Virus record (IMG/VR): IMGVR_UViG_2565956960_000004
Span: 1 to 64,000 of that record
Source of the DNA: a virus
Lineage: Duplodnaviria; Caudoviricetes
Direction: 5' to 3' (one strand)
DNA length: 64,000 bases
Shown here: piece after piece, positions 1 through 9,600 of the stretch
Position numbering within the stretch: position 1 is the stretch's first letter
Layout: each line of letters opens with the position of its first letter
Translations under genes and position numbers: made by a program
The notes under the pieces: model-generated
What the model saw: only the letters and a program-made list of their open reading frames with translations
Databases searched by the model: none
Told to the model about the DNA's origin: nothing

Positions 1-423
1 TCATGATTCCTCCGCGTCTGTGTAAGCTTCTTGTTTATCCTTAACCTTTAACAACTTTTCAGTTGGATATCGAAATTGTGAAACAAGATTGATAACATCT
101 TGAGAAACATTTTTTAAGCTTTCCGAGATATTACTTTTGTTTTTCTCAACTTCTTGTGTAAGCTTTTCAACAGCATGACGAGTTCGAAGTATTCGGCGAG
201 ATTGATTCACGAATATCCAAAATTCGTCCATTTCCTCTTGAGAAAACAATCCCAACCGGACATATTCCTCAAGAAGAGTGCGTATAGTTTTAATGCTGTA
301 ATCAAGAGATGATTCAGGGATTATGCATTCACCCCAGCCATTAGCAATTTGAGATTGCAATTCTACAATTTTGGTTAATAAGCTTTGTTTTGCTTTTGCC
401 TTAAAAATATTTTCAATATTCAT
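1..423 (-). CDS. hypothetical phage early protein
   Basis: 140-aa ORF closely packed in the leftward early operon. Confidence 0.7.
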   Translation of the reverse strand: MNIENIFKAKAKQSLLTKIVELQSQIANGWGECIIPESSLDYSIKTIRTLLEEYVRLGLFSQEEMDEFWIFVNQSRRILRTRHAVEKLTQEVEKNKSNISESLKNVSQDVINLVSQFRYPTEKLLKVKDKQEAYTDAEES

Positions 424-425
424 TT

Positions 426-926
426 TCAGCCCCTTACTGTTTCTAATGGACTATCTGGACGTTTCATCCAATATTTAACTTCATCTGGTAATAGTTCCCA
501 GCCATTCGAGTTTGAAGACCATAAGGTTTTATCACCGCCAAAGTCTTCACCGTTTTCACCATAAGGACCATCTACATAATCTGTACTTATAAAGCCTTCA
601 TGGATTACATTATGATTATCGATGAATAGAACTATTTCGCCTTCATCTGGTAATAGAAAATTAGTAGCCACCCAGACAGGCTCCACCACACGGTCTTTAA
701 GTTGTGTGGCCGATAGAACTTTAGCAGACTGCCAAAATTGCCATAGTTGATGTGCTTGAGTTTTCAACCACCAAATTTCATTTTTTTCATTAATTACATA
801 TGCAAATGGTTCCGTGTTTTGATATGAATTAGCCCAACGGTCAACCACATAAGCTTTCATTGCTTCCGTAATAAAAAGCTCAATTTCAGCTACCAAAGCC
901 TCTCGTTCTTTCTTGATATCAGGCAT
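426..926 (-). CDS. DUF551-domain phage protein
   Basis: C-terminal W...LPDEGEIVL...VKYWMKRPDSP pattern; start moved to MPDIKK, overlapping the upstream stop. Confidence 0.65.
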   Translation of the reverse strand: MPDIKKEREALVAEIELFITEAMKAYVVDRWANSYQNTEPFAYVINEKNEIWWLKTQAHQLWQFWQSAKVLSATQLKDRVVEPVWVATNFLLPDEGEIVLFIDNHNVIHEGFISTDYVDGPYGENGEDFGGDKTLWSSNSNGWELLPDEVKYWMKRPDSPLETVRG

Positions 927-1320
927 TGTGATTCTCCATTGCAGCATCTATTGCTTCTCGGTCTGTCTGATGTAGTGACTCAGTTAAACGATCCATACCG
1001 TCAATCCAATACACATCACAAACACAAAGCCCTGTAGCAATTGGCTTGGAACACTCGTTGTAGTTTGTTTTTTCTGAAATGATGCGACCTTTTGCAAGCA
1101 TAAAATCCAGACGTGCTGTATCCTTTGCTTGGTCTTCTGGCACCACTGTGAAACCTTTAAGCTGCAATTTTTCATGTAGTTTTGCCGCTTTCCACATCAT
1201 CCAACCAAAGTAGGCTTGAGATGAAGTATATTCTCCATCTTCTTTCTCTAATTGATATGGCTTACCACCAGCGCCTAGAAAAGCATCTTCAAAATCATCT
1301 CTATCATTTTCAGTGTTCAT
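919..1320 (-). CDS. hypothetical phage protein (Ead/Ea-like)
   Basis: KDTARLDF...REAIDAAM motif common in lambdoid early genes. Confidence 0.65.
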   Translation of the reverse strand: MNTENDRDDFEDAFLGAGGKPYQLEKEDGEYTSSQAYFGWMMWKAAKLHEKLQLKGFTVVPEDQAKDTARLDFMLAKGRIISEKTNYNECSKPIATGLCVCDVYWIDGMDRLTESLHQTDREAIDAAMENHNA

Positions 1321-2170
1321 TGGCACCACCTAATTTAATTGAGCCTTCTTCTGGATAGTCAGTGTAATAAGCATAGAAGCCAGTACCACTGTGTCCGTTT
1401 TCCCACCAAAGAATTGTCATTTCAGTAGATAGTTGATTTTTAATATCTTCTATTAATTCCTCATCATCAAAGTTGTAATCTGGTGCACCATACTGAAATG
1501 CTTCAAGTAAAGCTTCACAGGTAAGGGTGATACCATGATTTGCATGAGGTTTAATATCGCCATTAAATGCTAAGTACATTTCTCGCCAAGTATGAATAAT
1601 TTTGACATCAATATGGTCCTTGCCAATTTCTGACTTGATAGCGTTTAACGCTTTCAACATCATTTCTTCAGTTGGCTCCTTTGGCATAAGGGCATACGCA
1701 GAATCTAAAAAACTAGTAGACCACTTATGGAAAAGCATAAATGCACAATAATTTGCTACATCAATTGGATCGCCTTTATTGAGGTGACGGTATAATTCAC
1801 CCCGGCATTTAGCCTCCCAATCTGAACTTTTCCAGTCGTCGTTGAAGCCATATTTTTCTTGGGCCTTGAGTAACTTAACTTTCATTTGATCAGCAAAGTT
1901 ATTAATCAGAGCATTAGTATCTGCGCTTAAATCTGGGTTTTGATATTTCTCTAATTGAGATTTTAACTCCTCAATTTTGTGTTGCTGACATATAAAGGCG
2001 GTTAGGCCACCATTACACCCGTCAGCATAATGCTCAAACTCGTCACTACCAGAGGTATTTACATATACGCCAGCGTTATCATCCCATTCGCATAATTCAA
2101 GCAAATGTTTAAACTCAGGAAGTTCTTCAAATTTTTGTCTCAAATATAATTGCAAGCTTGGATTAATCAT
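1310..2170 (-). CDS. Ead/Ea22-like multidomain early protein
   Basis: KLLKAQEKYG...KGDPIDVANYCAFM and MPKEPTEEM motifs. Confidence 0.6.
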   Translation of the reverse strand: MINPSLQLYLRQKFEELPEFKHLLELCEWDDNAGVYVNTSGSDEFEHYADGCNGGLTAFICQQHKIEELKSQLEKYQNPDLSADTNALINNFADQMKVKLLKAQEKYGFNDDWKSSDWEAKCRGELYRHLNKGDPIDVANYCAFMLFHKWSTSFLDSAYALMPKEPTEEMMLKALNAIKSEIGKDHIDVKIIHTWREMYLAFNGDIKPHANHGITLTCEALLEAFQYGAPDYNFDDEELIEDIKNQLSTEMTILWWENGHSGTGFYAYYTDYPEEGSIKLGGANEH

Positions 2171-3413
2171 TGTTGTTCTCCAAGAATGTGGTGCTAAGCC
2201 ACCAGTGTGGATTTGATTTTAAATACTTGGCGTGTTCATCCGGTGTACCTTGCCATTCCTCAATTGTTACGGCATCTGCAATCGACTGACCAACGTTAGG
2301 GAATTGTTGTAGAGCTTCTTTTTTCAGCCTAAAAGCTATTTGCTTTGCTAATTTGTGGCTTGGTACCGGATGTAAAATTGCGGCTGAATCAGGTTCTTCA
2401 GGAATATTAACGGCCCAAAGCTTTGGAATCTGCTGAGGCGGGTTTTCAGCAAAAAACTTAAGAACATCTTCCTCAGATTGAGCAGTAACTGACTTATCAT
2501 CGACATAACACTCAACACAATCGTTAAGGGCTTTTATATATTTAATCGCCATCTCTGCATTGTCATAACGCTTCAATGGTTTTGAAAACCATTCTTCAGT
2601 GATTTTCAATTCTTCGGCATGTTCTTTCTTTGTACCATTCCAAATAGCGGGATAAATCCAATTTGCACCATCATTAAATTCTGAATGATCATTTTCAAAT
2701 CTTGGATTGAAAATAAATGACTTACGAAGGCGGTGAGCAGCTTTGAATGCTAATTCAGCTGATCCTGCGGCCATTTGTACGGCATCCTCATCATCTTCTG
2801 GATGAGGACCAACAACCACAGAATATAGTGCTGAATCTGGATCATTACTTCTAGGCATTAATACTGCTTTGACATCTTTAAAGTCGCTAAATAGAAAATC
2901 AATGTTCGCGCCTTTATCTACTCCAGTGGGTGTAATCACAGGATTACAAATAGAACCTAATTCACTACAAATTTTTTCTACTTTTAATAGGTATTCACTG
3001 CCAAAACGTACAAAGCCTTGATAATCAGTATTTGCTGGAATTACTTTTTCCCAATCTGGATAAGTTACTTTTAAGAAAACTTTAAATGCCTCATAAGCAT
3101 TATGGTGATGTGGAATTTCTATTAAACCGGTTTGCGACTCAGTGTCATATGTGATTTGGCAATGTTTTAAACCTGAGCTAAAAGCAGTTTTTTTAATGAA
3201 ACTCTCTACATAAGCTTTTGGAATAATGAAGAAAACATCATCTGGAATATTTTCCAATTTTGCATAAAGCAAAATACGTCCATCAGTGCCGACAATGTGG
3301 TGTTTTACAATTGCTACAGAGTCTATATTTCGGGTGTCCCAATCATCTTCATCTTTGGAAGCAATACAGGCGGCGCGTAGTAGAGCGATTGGCACTAAAA
3401 TTTGATATTTCAT
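2163..3413 (-). CDS. phage protein with N-terminal beta-sliding-clamp-like domain
   Basis: IVGTDGRILL and YPDWEKVIP resemble DnaN ATDGHRL and FPDYRRVIP; ends the domain with AVLMP. Confidence 0.55.
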   Translation of the reverse strand: MKYQILVPIALLRAACIASKDEDDWDTRNIDSVAIVKHHIVGTDGRILLYAKLENIPDDVFFIIPKAYVESFIKKTAFSSGLKHCQITYDTESQTGLIEIPHHHNAYEAFKVFLKVTYPDWEKVIPANTDYQGFVRFGSEYLLKVEKICSELGSICNPVITPTGVDKGANIDFLFSDFKDVKAVLMPRSNDPDSALYSVVVGPHPEDDEDAVQMAAGSAELAFKAAHRLRKSFIFNPRFENDHSEFNDGANWIYPAIWNGTKKEHAEELKITEEWFSKPLKRYDNAEMAIKYIKALNDCVECYVDDKSVTAQSEEDVLKFFAENPPQQIPKLWAVNIPEEPDSAAILHPVPSHKLAKQIAFRLKKEALQQFPNVGQSIADAVTIEEWQGTPDEHAKYLKSNPHWWLSTTFLENNND

Positions 3414-3423
3414 CTTCAGGGCC

Positions 3424-3657
3424 TCACTTCATCAAGCCATGGGCTTTAAGTTTTTTGCGCAGTGTGCCGCGATTGAGGCCCAAAAGTTCTGCAGCTTTAG
3501 TTTGGTTGCCGCGGGTATGGGTGAGAGTAAGATCCAGCAAAGGTTTTTCAACCAACTCCATTACAACGTTATACGCATTATCTTTTTCAGTTTCTAATAC
3601 GTGGTTAAGGTGTTCAATTGTCAGTACTGGCGACTGAAGGGTGAGTTTTGAAGACAT
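3424..3657 (-). CDS. fis: Fis-family DNA-binding protein (phage-encoded)
   Basis: VEKPLL...[28 protein letters not shown], nearly identical to the Fis C-terminal HTH; lacks the N-terminal arm. Confidence 0.85.
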   Translation of the reverse strand: MSSKLTLQSPVLTIEHLNHVLETEKDNAYNVVMELVEKPLLDLTLTHTRGNQTKAAELLGLNRGTLRKKLKAHGLMK

Positions 3658-3708
3658 TTTAATATTCCAATAATTATCAATGAGTGTTTAGGAGAGGGCG
3701 CCAATTTT

Positions 3709-4464
3709 TTAAGCTTGGCCCCAACCCTCATGAGTTTTTTTGTTCTTGCAGGCGGCTACAATCGTTGACTCGTAAAACGTGCCTTTGAACCTTATATAAG
3801 CTGCATTCAAAACTGATGGTTCTTTTGCATCACAAATAGCTTTTAGAGCAGCATTAAAGAGTTCTTGCTCTGTCCGTTTAGGCTTTTGTTCAGCCAGATT
3901 TTGTTGGTTTGACGGTTCCACTGTTTTAACATCGTTAACAGGCGGTTGTTGCTCGGTCTGGTTGTTTGAAGCTGCAGCATGATTGTTGCCGTAGTAATGT
4001 TCATATGCTTTCTGCTGATAACCAGGTGCATTCCAGTAACCCGCATGAATATCGCCGGCAAAACCTAAAAGACTAAGAGCCTTTACAGTTGCATTAGTTT
4101 TTGACTTCTTGATTGCATCTTCGTCATGGATAATTCCTGTGCTGGCTTTATACATAGCCTTCGATCCACCAGATTGTTCAAAAGAGTACTTTTGACCATC
4201 TTTCATGTACCAAAGCACAATAATTATCCAATGGCTAATAGTCACATCATCTAGTTTCTGGAAACCATGATCTTTGATGTCAACACCCCAGCCTTGACCT
4301 ATAGGCCCGAATGTTTCAGTTGCGCGTTGAATCAACCAGTATGCCTTAGGTGATGTACCTTTATATGGCTTACCTTTAATTTCCGTGGTTTGTGTAGGAT
4401 CAGTCACACAAACAGAATGCCAAAGCGCCATGTTCGGGTTATTTTGATTGTTTGCATTTCCCAT
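3709..4464 (-). CDS. Rad52/Sak-like single-strand annealing recombinase
   Basis: ATETFGPIGQGWG...DEDAIKKSKTNATVKALSLLGFAGDI motif; GAGGA RBS. Confidence 0.65.
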   Translation of the reverse strand: MGNANNQNNPNMALWHSVCVTDPTQTTEIKGKPYKGTSPKAYWLIQRATETFGPIGQGWGVDIKDHGFQKLDDVTISHWIIIVLWYMKDGQKYSFEQSGGSKAMYKASTGIIHDEDAIKKSKTNATVKALSLLGFAGDIHAGYWNAPGYQQKAYEHYYGNNHAAASNNQTEQQPPVNDVKTVEPSNQQNLAEQKPKRTEQELFNAALKAICDAKEPSVLNAAYIRFKGTFYESTIVAACKNKKTHEGWGQA

Positions 4465-4477
4465 GATTCAATCCTCC

Positions 4478-5062
4478 TTACCCTAAAAGCTTGCGTTTTT
4501 TAGGCGGTAGATTTTCGAAGAAACCATTTCGATCTAAATAAGCAGCACGTTGCGCGGCTTGCTTCGCTTGGCGCGCCTTATAAAGATGAGACGTGACTTT
4601 TTCTGAAAGTAGGGTTTTTACTAATTGCCCATTTCTCTCAACATAGAAATCAAAACCATTGAGATATGTTCCCCAGGTTATGTAATTGCTAAGACCAGCG
4701 GGTAATTTAGAATTCTCATTCTTCAGAAGGACATATACCGTCGGGTTATCAAAACCCATTCGATAACGTTCGTTGCCATCACCATCGAGATTCAGAAATT
4801 CACAAAAGTACTTTGCAGATTTCTCTTTAAATCGTTGGGTATCATATGTTTTCATTGAAAAGCGAAATTTAAGGCAACCGCCAAAAATATCTGCAATCGA
4901 AATGGGGCAGTTCTTTTCAATAAAGGTCCAATCACTTGTTTCAACTTCAGCGTATTCAATGCCAATCCCTTTACTCAATGACTCTAAAACTTGAGCAGGA
5001 CTAAGATTCTGGCTAAATGCCGCAATTGATGAGCGTATTTGATCGTGTGCAGTAGAAGACAT
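4478..5062 (-). CDS. hypothetical protein
   Basis: 194-aa ORF translationally coupled in the operon. Confidence 0.7.
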   Translation of the reverse strand: MSSTAHDQIRSSIAAFSQNLSPAQVLESLSKGIGIEYAEVETSDWTFIEKNCPISIADIFGGCLKFRFSMKTYDTQRFKEKSAKYFCEFLNLDGDGNERYRMGFDNPTVYVLLKNENSKLPAGLSNYITWGTYLNGFDFYVERNGQLVKTLLSEKVTSHLYKARQAKQAAQRAAYLDRNGFFENLPPKKRKLLG

Positions 5063-5523
5063 TAGCGTGCCTCCACCAACTTGTTAGCCTCAATAAAGTT
5101 TTTCAAAGCTTCACTGATATTTTTGTGGTCCTGAAAATTGGTAAAGTCATCAACTTTTTTGCCATTTGGATTAAGGATTTGACCAATATCAAACCAAGTG
5201 ATATCAACAGCTGTATACTCACTGCCTGGTGAACCGTAATCGCTAGGATAAGATTCAAACTTGAAATCTAAAGGCACAAGGTAGCCATCAAGATTAATTA
5301 ATCCTGTACCTGTATTTTTTGAAGTAATCGAAAGTTGAGTAACACCATATGTTGAAGCGCGCACATCAGGTATAGCGTTATTCTGTGGAGGTGGATTTAT
5401 ATCAATAGGCTGTGAAACTGCAATTGATATACCAAAGAGGACAATAAAAAAAATAATTGCCGTGACTAATACTACATTTGGGAAACTAAATGAAATATTG
5501 TCTTGAGAAAGCTTTTGTTCCAT
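5062..5523 (-). CDS. single-pass membrane protein
   Basis: Hydrophobic VVLVTAIIFFIVLFGISIAV segment; probable start MEQK. Confidence 0.65.
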   Translation of the reverse strand: MEQKLSQDNISFSFPNVVLVTAIIFFIVLFGISIAVSQPIDINPPPQNNAIPDVRASTYGVTQLSITSKNTGTGLINLDGYLVPLDFKFESYPSDYGSPGSEYTAVDITWFDIGQILNPNGKKVDDFTNFQDHKNISEALKNFIEANKLVEAR

Positions 5524-5575
5524 AATGCTCTCGTTCCATAATTTTCTTGCGTAAAGCAATGAAAGTTGACCTTAG

Positions 5576-5613
5576 AAAGCCCTGAATCCGCCAAGATTAG
5601 CAGGGCTTTTTTT
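5576..5613. terminator. stem-loop AAAGCCCTG...CAGGGCTTT with T-tract on the + strand
   Basis: 9-bp inverted repeat in an intergenic gap. Confidence 0.55.
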
Positions 5614-5630
5614 GTGCTTTAAATTAAGGG

Positions 5631-6440
5631 TTAGGCTTCAAATGTACCGATCAAAACTTGTTGATCTGGAAGGAGCTCAATCACTTTTTGTTTAAATTCT
5701 TGGATAATTTCATTAACCAGAATTTCTTCTTTAATGATTTGCACGGCAAAGATAGGCTCGCCACTACTGCTATTGACGATTACGCGAAGCTCAAGAGTTT
5801 TTTCTTCTAGACCAACATATGCTGTATCGACAATTTTAAATTTTTCAGGTAATTGGCCTTTTTTCGCTTTGGCTGCGATATCTGTTTGAGCTGTACGAAT
5901 TTCACGAGTATTTTCAACTTCTGCATCGTTTGAAACGTTGATATCCACCTTCATATTGCGTACTGCAACAATGGCATCTTTAAGAGGGATTTCTTTTTCT
6001 TCAGCATCGTATGCCTTTAAAACACTTGCCCAATCTTCGAGGAAAGTAGCAAAGCGTTTTTGATCCAACTTACTATCTTTGAGTTGATTGAGTTTTTTCC
6101 ATACAACAGTAGGGTCAAGTTTCAAAATTGCTTTGTGGTCACAATGGCCCTGATCAAAGCCTTTTTCACTGTAGTTCAAAACAGCAATTGCTTGAACATC
6201 ATCACGGGATACGAATACTGGTACTGGACCAGTAGTAGGTGAATCTGTGATGTATTGCACAAAATCTGCAAAGATTGGAGTTGAAAAACGCCCACGAATT
6301 CGATTACGACCTTCTTGGTTTGCTTCGGTATCGATAACTTTGAAGTTTTCATGTACTGCAACTAAATCACCACGGTTTAAAGTGTGAACTGGTGTGCAAT
6401 TTTCAACTACGGCTTGTACTTCTGAATTTACTACTGACAT
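5631..6440 (-). CDS. YfdQ/DUF2303 family phage protein
   Basis: RNRIRGRFST, QGHCDHKAIL, QKRFATFLEDW and terminal VLIGTF motifs. Confidence 0.8.
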   Translation of the reverse strand: MSVVNSEVQAVVENCTPVHTLNRGDLVAVHENFKVIDTEANQEGRNRIRGRFSTPIFADFVQYITDSPTTGPVPVFVSRDDVQAIAVLNYSEKGFDQGHCDHKAILKLDPTVVWKKLNQLKDSKLDQKRFATFLEDWASVLKAYDAEEKEIPLKDAIVAVRNMKVDINVSNDAEVENTREIRTAQTDIAAKAKKGQLPEKFKIVDTAYVGLEEKTLELRVIVNSSSGEPIFAVQIIKEEILVNEIIQEFKQKVIELLPDQQVLIGTFEA

Positions 6441-6490
6441 GAGTCTTTTCTATCCTATTTAATGGAGGGGGGAGGTTTTATGAAGATGCT

Positions 6491-6814
6491 TTATGCATCT
6501 TCTTCAAAAAGTTGTTTTGTATGATTTGCAAATAGAGAAACATCACCGTCTTTATTGACATGCATAGATGTTTTTGCACCGTGATTTTCAATTTTATTGC
6601 CATCTGGCAAAGGGGTATTTGATGTTAATTTGTGCTCAATTGTGACGCTGTTTGCACCGACACCTTTTGAGAATTTGATCTTGACGTTAATTTCGCCTTT
6701 GCCGTTATTATCCACTGCTGCTGATGCAACTTCACTGATTGCATAGCCTAGTTGCTGAGCAAAGACACCGCCGTCAATGTCATCGATAAATTGGTTATGA
6801 TCGGTTGATTTCAT
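6491..6814 (-). CDS. YfdP-like phage protein
   Basis: FIDDIDGGVF...SMHVNKDGDVSLF; typical partner upstream of YfdQ. Confidence 0.7.
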   Translation of the reverse strand: MKSTDHNQFIDDIDGGVFAQQLGYAISEVASAAVDNNGKGEINVKIKFSKGVGANSVTIEHKLTSNTPLPDGNKIENHGAKTSMHVNKDGDVSLFANHTKQLFEEDA

Positions 6815-6862
6815 TTTCAGTCACCTAACTTTAGGTTTTTGTTGTTGGTGAAATGATCATAT

Positions 6863-6908
6863 TACAAGTAATTCTTGTATTCAATAATTATTTAAAGAAA
6901 TTCTTGTA
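6863..6908. promoter_or_regulatory. OL: two repressor operators (TACAAG-N5-CTTGTA)
   Basis: 6863-6879 TACAAGTAATTCTTGTA; 6892-6908 TTAAAGAAATTCTTGTA; they overlap the leftward promoter region. Confidence 0.8.
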
Positions 6909-6926
6909 TTATTTTTCAATAGACAC

Positions 6927-6952
6927 AAAAAAGCCTGCATTATGCAGGCTTT
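6927..6952 (-). terminator. rho-independent terminator after cI
   Basis: AAAGCCTGCAT-TATGCAGGCTTT hairpin, followed by a T-tract on the - strand. Confidence 0.75.
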
Positions 6953-6966
6953 AGGATTGCAAAAAT

Positions 6967-7614
6967 TTACATAACTAGTAGCTGGCTTATTAAATCTTGA
7001 TCTGTCTTAGAACTAATTGCACCAACAACTTTCCCTGTGATATAGCAAGTTTCATCTAAAGGCATATATCGAGGCACCCAATCAGGGTTTAATGCTTTTA
7101 GAAGAAAAGAGCCATTATCATTTGCCGTCAAGCGTTTAAAAGTAGATCCGTTGGCGCACCAGGCAATTACATCATCACCAATTGAGGTTGGGAGGTCAGG
7201 ATTAACAAAAATAATATCCTTCGGTTTATATTCATCCTTCATGCTTTCCCCATTAACTTCAAGGGCATAGCCATTAGGACCAACGTTAAACATACAAAGA
7301 ATTTTAGGATATTGATCTAAGACTTCAATTTGACGATCATTCCAGTGCCCAGCGGCCACCCAATCAATTAAAGGGACATATCTTGCTCGGCTAAAAGGCT
7401 TTATTTCGTCTTCTTCACCAAATAGATAAGCCTTCGTACATTCGAGAACTGTAGTAAGTGCGTCGAGATTCTTACCACGTGGAGAGGTTTGACCCGACTC
7501 CCATTGTTGGACTGCTTGAGGAGAAATCTCTAGCAGATGTGCCAACTCTGTTTGGTCCAAACCTTTAGCATCACGCTTTCTAGCGATCCGCTTACCCATT
7601 TCAAGCTTGTTCAT
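6967..7614 (-). CDS. cI: CI-like repressor (XRE HTH plus S24 peptidase)
   Basis: N-terminal HTH (QTELAHLLEISPQAVQQWESG); VAAG cleavage site; VNGESM and TFKRL catalytic Ser/Lys; divergent from cro. Confidence 0.92.
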   Translation of the reverse strand: MNKLEMGKRIARKRDAKGLDQTELAHLLEISPQAVQQWESGQTSPRGKNLDALTTVLECTKAYLFGEEDEIKPFSRARYVPLIDWVAAGHWNDRQIEVLDQYPKILCMFNVGPNGYALEVNGESMKDEYKPKDIIFVNPDLPTSIGDDVIAWCANGSTFKRLTANDNGSFLLKALNPDWVPRYMPLDETCYITGKVVGAISSKTDQDLISQLLVM

Positions 7615-7623
7615 GTTTGTGCA

Positions 7624-7710
7624 CACAAGAAAATCTTGTACTAAATATAAAGCAATTCTTGAAAAAAGTCATTGCAAGTAAATCTTGTATTCTTTAAAGT
7701 AATACTTGTA
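7624..7710. promoter_or_regulatory. OR: four repressor operators
   Basis: 7624-7640 CACAAG-N5-CTTGTA, 7647-7663 ATAAAG-N5-CTTGAA, 7673-7689 TGCAAG-N5-CTTGTA, 7694-7710 TTAAAG-N5-CTTGTA. Confidence 0.82.
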
Positions 7711-7735
7711 ATGAGCGAGTAGGGCTTTTCCAAAT

Positions 7736-7987
7736 ATGAATAACACTCTTAAAAAAACTGATGATGTAACTAGTGAAAGTATCGTTAAAGATGCAATTCA
7801 AAAAGCTGGCGGCGTAAGTGCCGTTGCCCGTTTAGTTACCAAAAAATCAGGGAAGAACTATTCATATCAAGCCGTTCAGTCTTGGATTTCACAAGACCGT
7901 ATACCGCCTAAGTACATTCCAATCATCGCAGATGTTACTGGAATATCTAAAAGTACATTAGACCCGATTGTATTCCAAGAGCAATAA
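7736..7987 (+). CDS. cro: Cro/YdaS-like regulator
   Basis: AGGVSAVAR...SYQAVQSW...RIPPKY...LDP HTH, divergent from cI. Confidence 0.85.
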   Translation: MNNTLKKTDDVTSESIVKDAIQKAGGVSAVARLVTKKSGKNYSYQAVQSWISQDRIPPKYIPIIADVTGISKSTLDPIVFQEQ

Positions 7988-8042
7988 AAAGCAAATCAGC
8001 TTTCACGGAATTCAATTATTAGAAAGGGAACGGTTTAACGAT

Positions 8043-8708
8043 ATGAATCAAGTAGCTATCAATCAACAAATTCTAAACACATGTTCTAGTCTTGATTTGC
8101 TCAAGATTATTAACCAGGTACGTCAAGAATTTGGCGAACCTACCATAAGACCAAATGATTTTCATGCGCGTATTCATGATGAGCTCGAAGGCGAGCACTA
8201 CGAAACTTTCGTTGTAAACAATCCGAATAGAACCGTAACGGTTGCGGCAAATTTGAATCATGACCAAAGCATGCTGATTTCAATGCGTGAGTCAAAGGGC
8301 GTTCGAAGAAAGGTCCTTGAAATATTGAAAGGTCAGCAGCTCCAGCCGGTTCGAATTCCACAAACTTATGCTGAAGCATTACAGCTGGCAGCGGATCAAG
8401 CACATCAATTAGAGCTTGCAGCGCCGAAAGTAAATTTCTATGACACGGTGGTGGAAAAGGCCACCTTAATGAATGCAACGCAAGTTGCTCAAAAACTGGG
8501 TTTATCGGCAGTAAAGCTTAACAAGGTTTTAGATGAACTGGGCGTTTACAGCAAAGCAGTTCTGCGGGGCCGTGTCTTCAGACAATGGTTCATTGATAAG
8601 AATCTAGGAATTATGCGTCAAACAGAAGTTGGCTATTCACAGCCAATGTTCACTACAAAAGGAGAGGCTTGGATTGTAGAAGAAATCACAACAAAAGGCT
8701 TGGTTTAA
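8043..8708 (+). CDS. antirepressor with C-terminal ANT/KilAC domain
   Basis: PQTYAEALQLAAD...APKVNFYD...FTTKGEAW. Confidence 0.85.
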   Translation: MNQVAINQQILNTCSSLDLLKIINQVRQEFGEPTIRPNDFHARIHDELEGEHYETFVVNNPNRTVTVAANLNHDQSMLISMRESKGVRRKVLEILKGQQLQPVRIPQTYAEALQLAADQAHQLELAAPKVNFYDTVVEKATLMNATQVAQKLGLSAVKLNKVLDELGVYSKAVLRGRVFRQWFIDKNLGIMRQTEVGYSQPMFTTKGEAWIVEEITTKGLV

Positions 8709-8769
8709 CCGCCTCCTGCGCCAACAGGAAGCGGTCAAAAAAATCTATTCATTTAACTTCGAGGTAAAA

Positions 8770-9600
8770 ATGAACTCAATTACTCTATCAGAACATAGCT
8801 GTGCAGACAAATGCACGGATTTTAAAAATAAAGGGGAACAATGCAGTCATTGCTTGATTCAGCATGTTGAAAAGCAAGAACTGTCTTTAGGTGTTGCGCC
8901 AGATGCGGCCTATACAAAAGAGACTGTTAAACAAATACAGCAGAATCTTTTAAGTGCCGTTGGTGGGATTAATCAGGCCCTCAAAATTATTAATGATAAT
9001 CCAGATGACTTTTCTTGGTTCTCTATTAAGCAGCAATATTATTTTGATTCTAAAACCCGTGATGATTTGATCTCTATTGATGAACTTAGAGATGCTTGCC
9101 ATGGATATTTCATTGAATTCTTCGGTGGAATTAGAGCAATCCAATACATTCTTGATGAAGCTCCTAAAGGGACTACGCATTTTGATCGTTATTTCGAAAA
9201 AATAAACTTCGCGGAAAAGACACTTTCTTTATGGGTGGACGGTGCATGGGCTCTGCAAGAGTTACGTATGCTTGGCTTCAATAGAGCAATTTCTACCAGT
9301 GTTTCTCTGGATGATTTAAGAAATGCTTTGGACCACTATAAACCGGTAATAATTCCAACTTTTGATGATTCTGGTGTTCAAAATTTCTCTTACCTTCAAC
9401 TTACTCAAGCCACCATTGCACAAATTGAGTTTTTCAATACCCAAAAATATGTAGCAGCACAAGAAGGTGATCAACGCGAAGCGGATGTCTTTGATAACCA
9501 GGCTGATGGTGTCTATTTATTGTGGTTGAGTTTAACAAAAGATTGCCGCACCAATGCGGATAACGAGCGTATTCAGGCTTTGGTAGGTGCTAAAGCATGA
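8770..9600 (+). CDS. hypothetical protein with N-terminal Cys cluster
   Basis: CADKC...CSHC; GAGG RBS. Confidence 0.7.
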   Translation: MNSITLSEHSCADKCTDFKNKGEQCSHCLIQHVEKQELSLGVAPDAAYTKETVKQIQQNLLSAVGGINQALKIINDNPDDFSWFSIKQQYYFDSKTRDDLISIDELRDACHGYFIEFFGGIRAIQYILDEAPKGTTHFDRYFEKINFAEKTLSLWVDGAWALQELRMLGFNRAISTSVSLDDLRNALDHYKPVIIPTFDDSGVQNFSYLQLTQATIAQIEFFNTQKYVAAQEGDQREADVFDNQADGVYLLWLSLTKDCRTNADNERIQALVGAKA

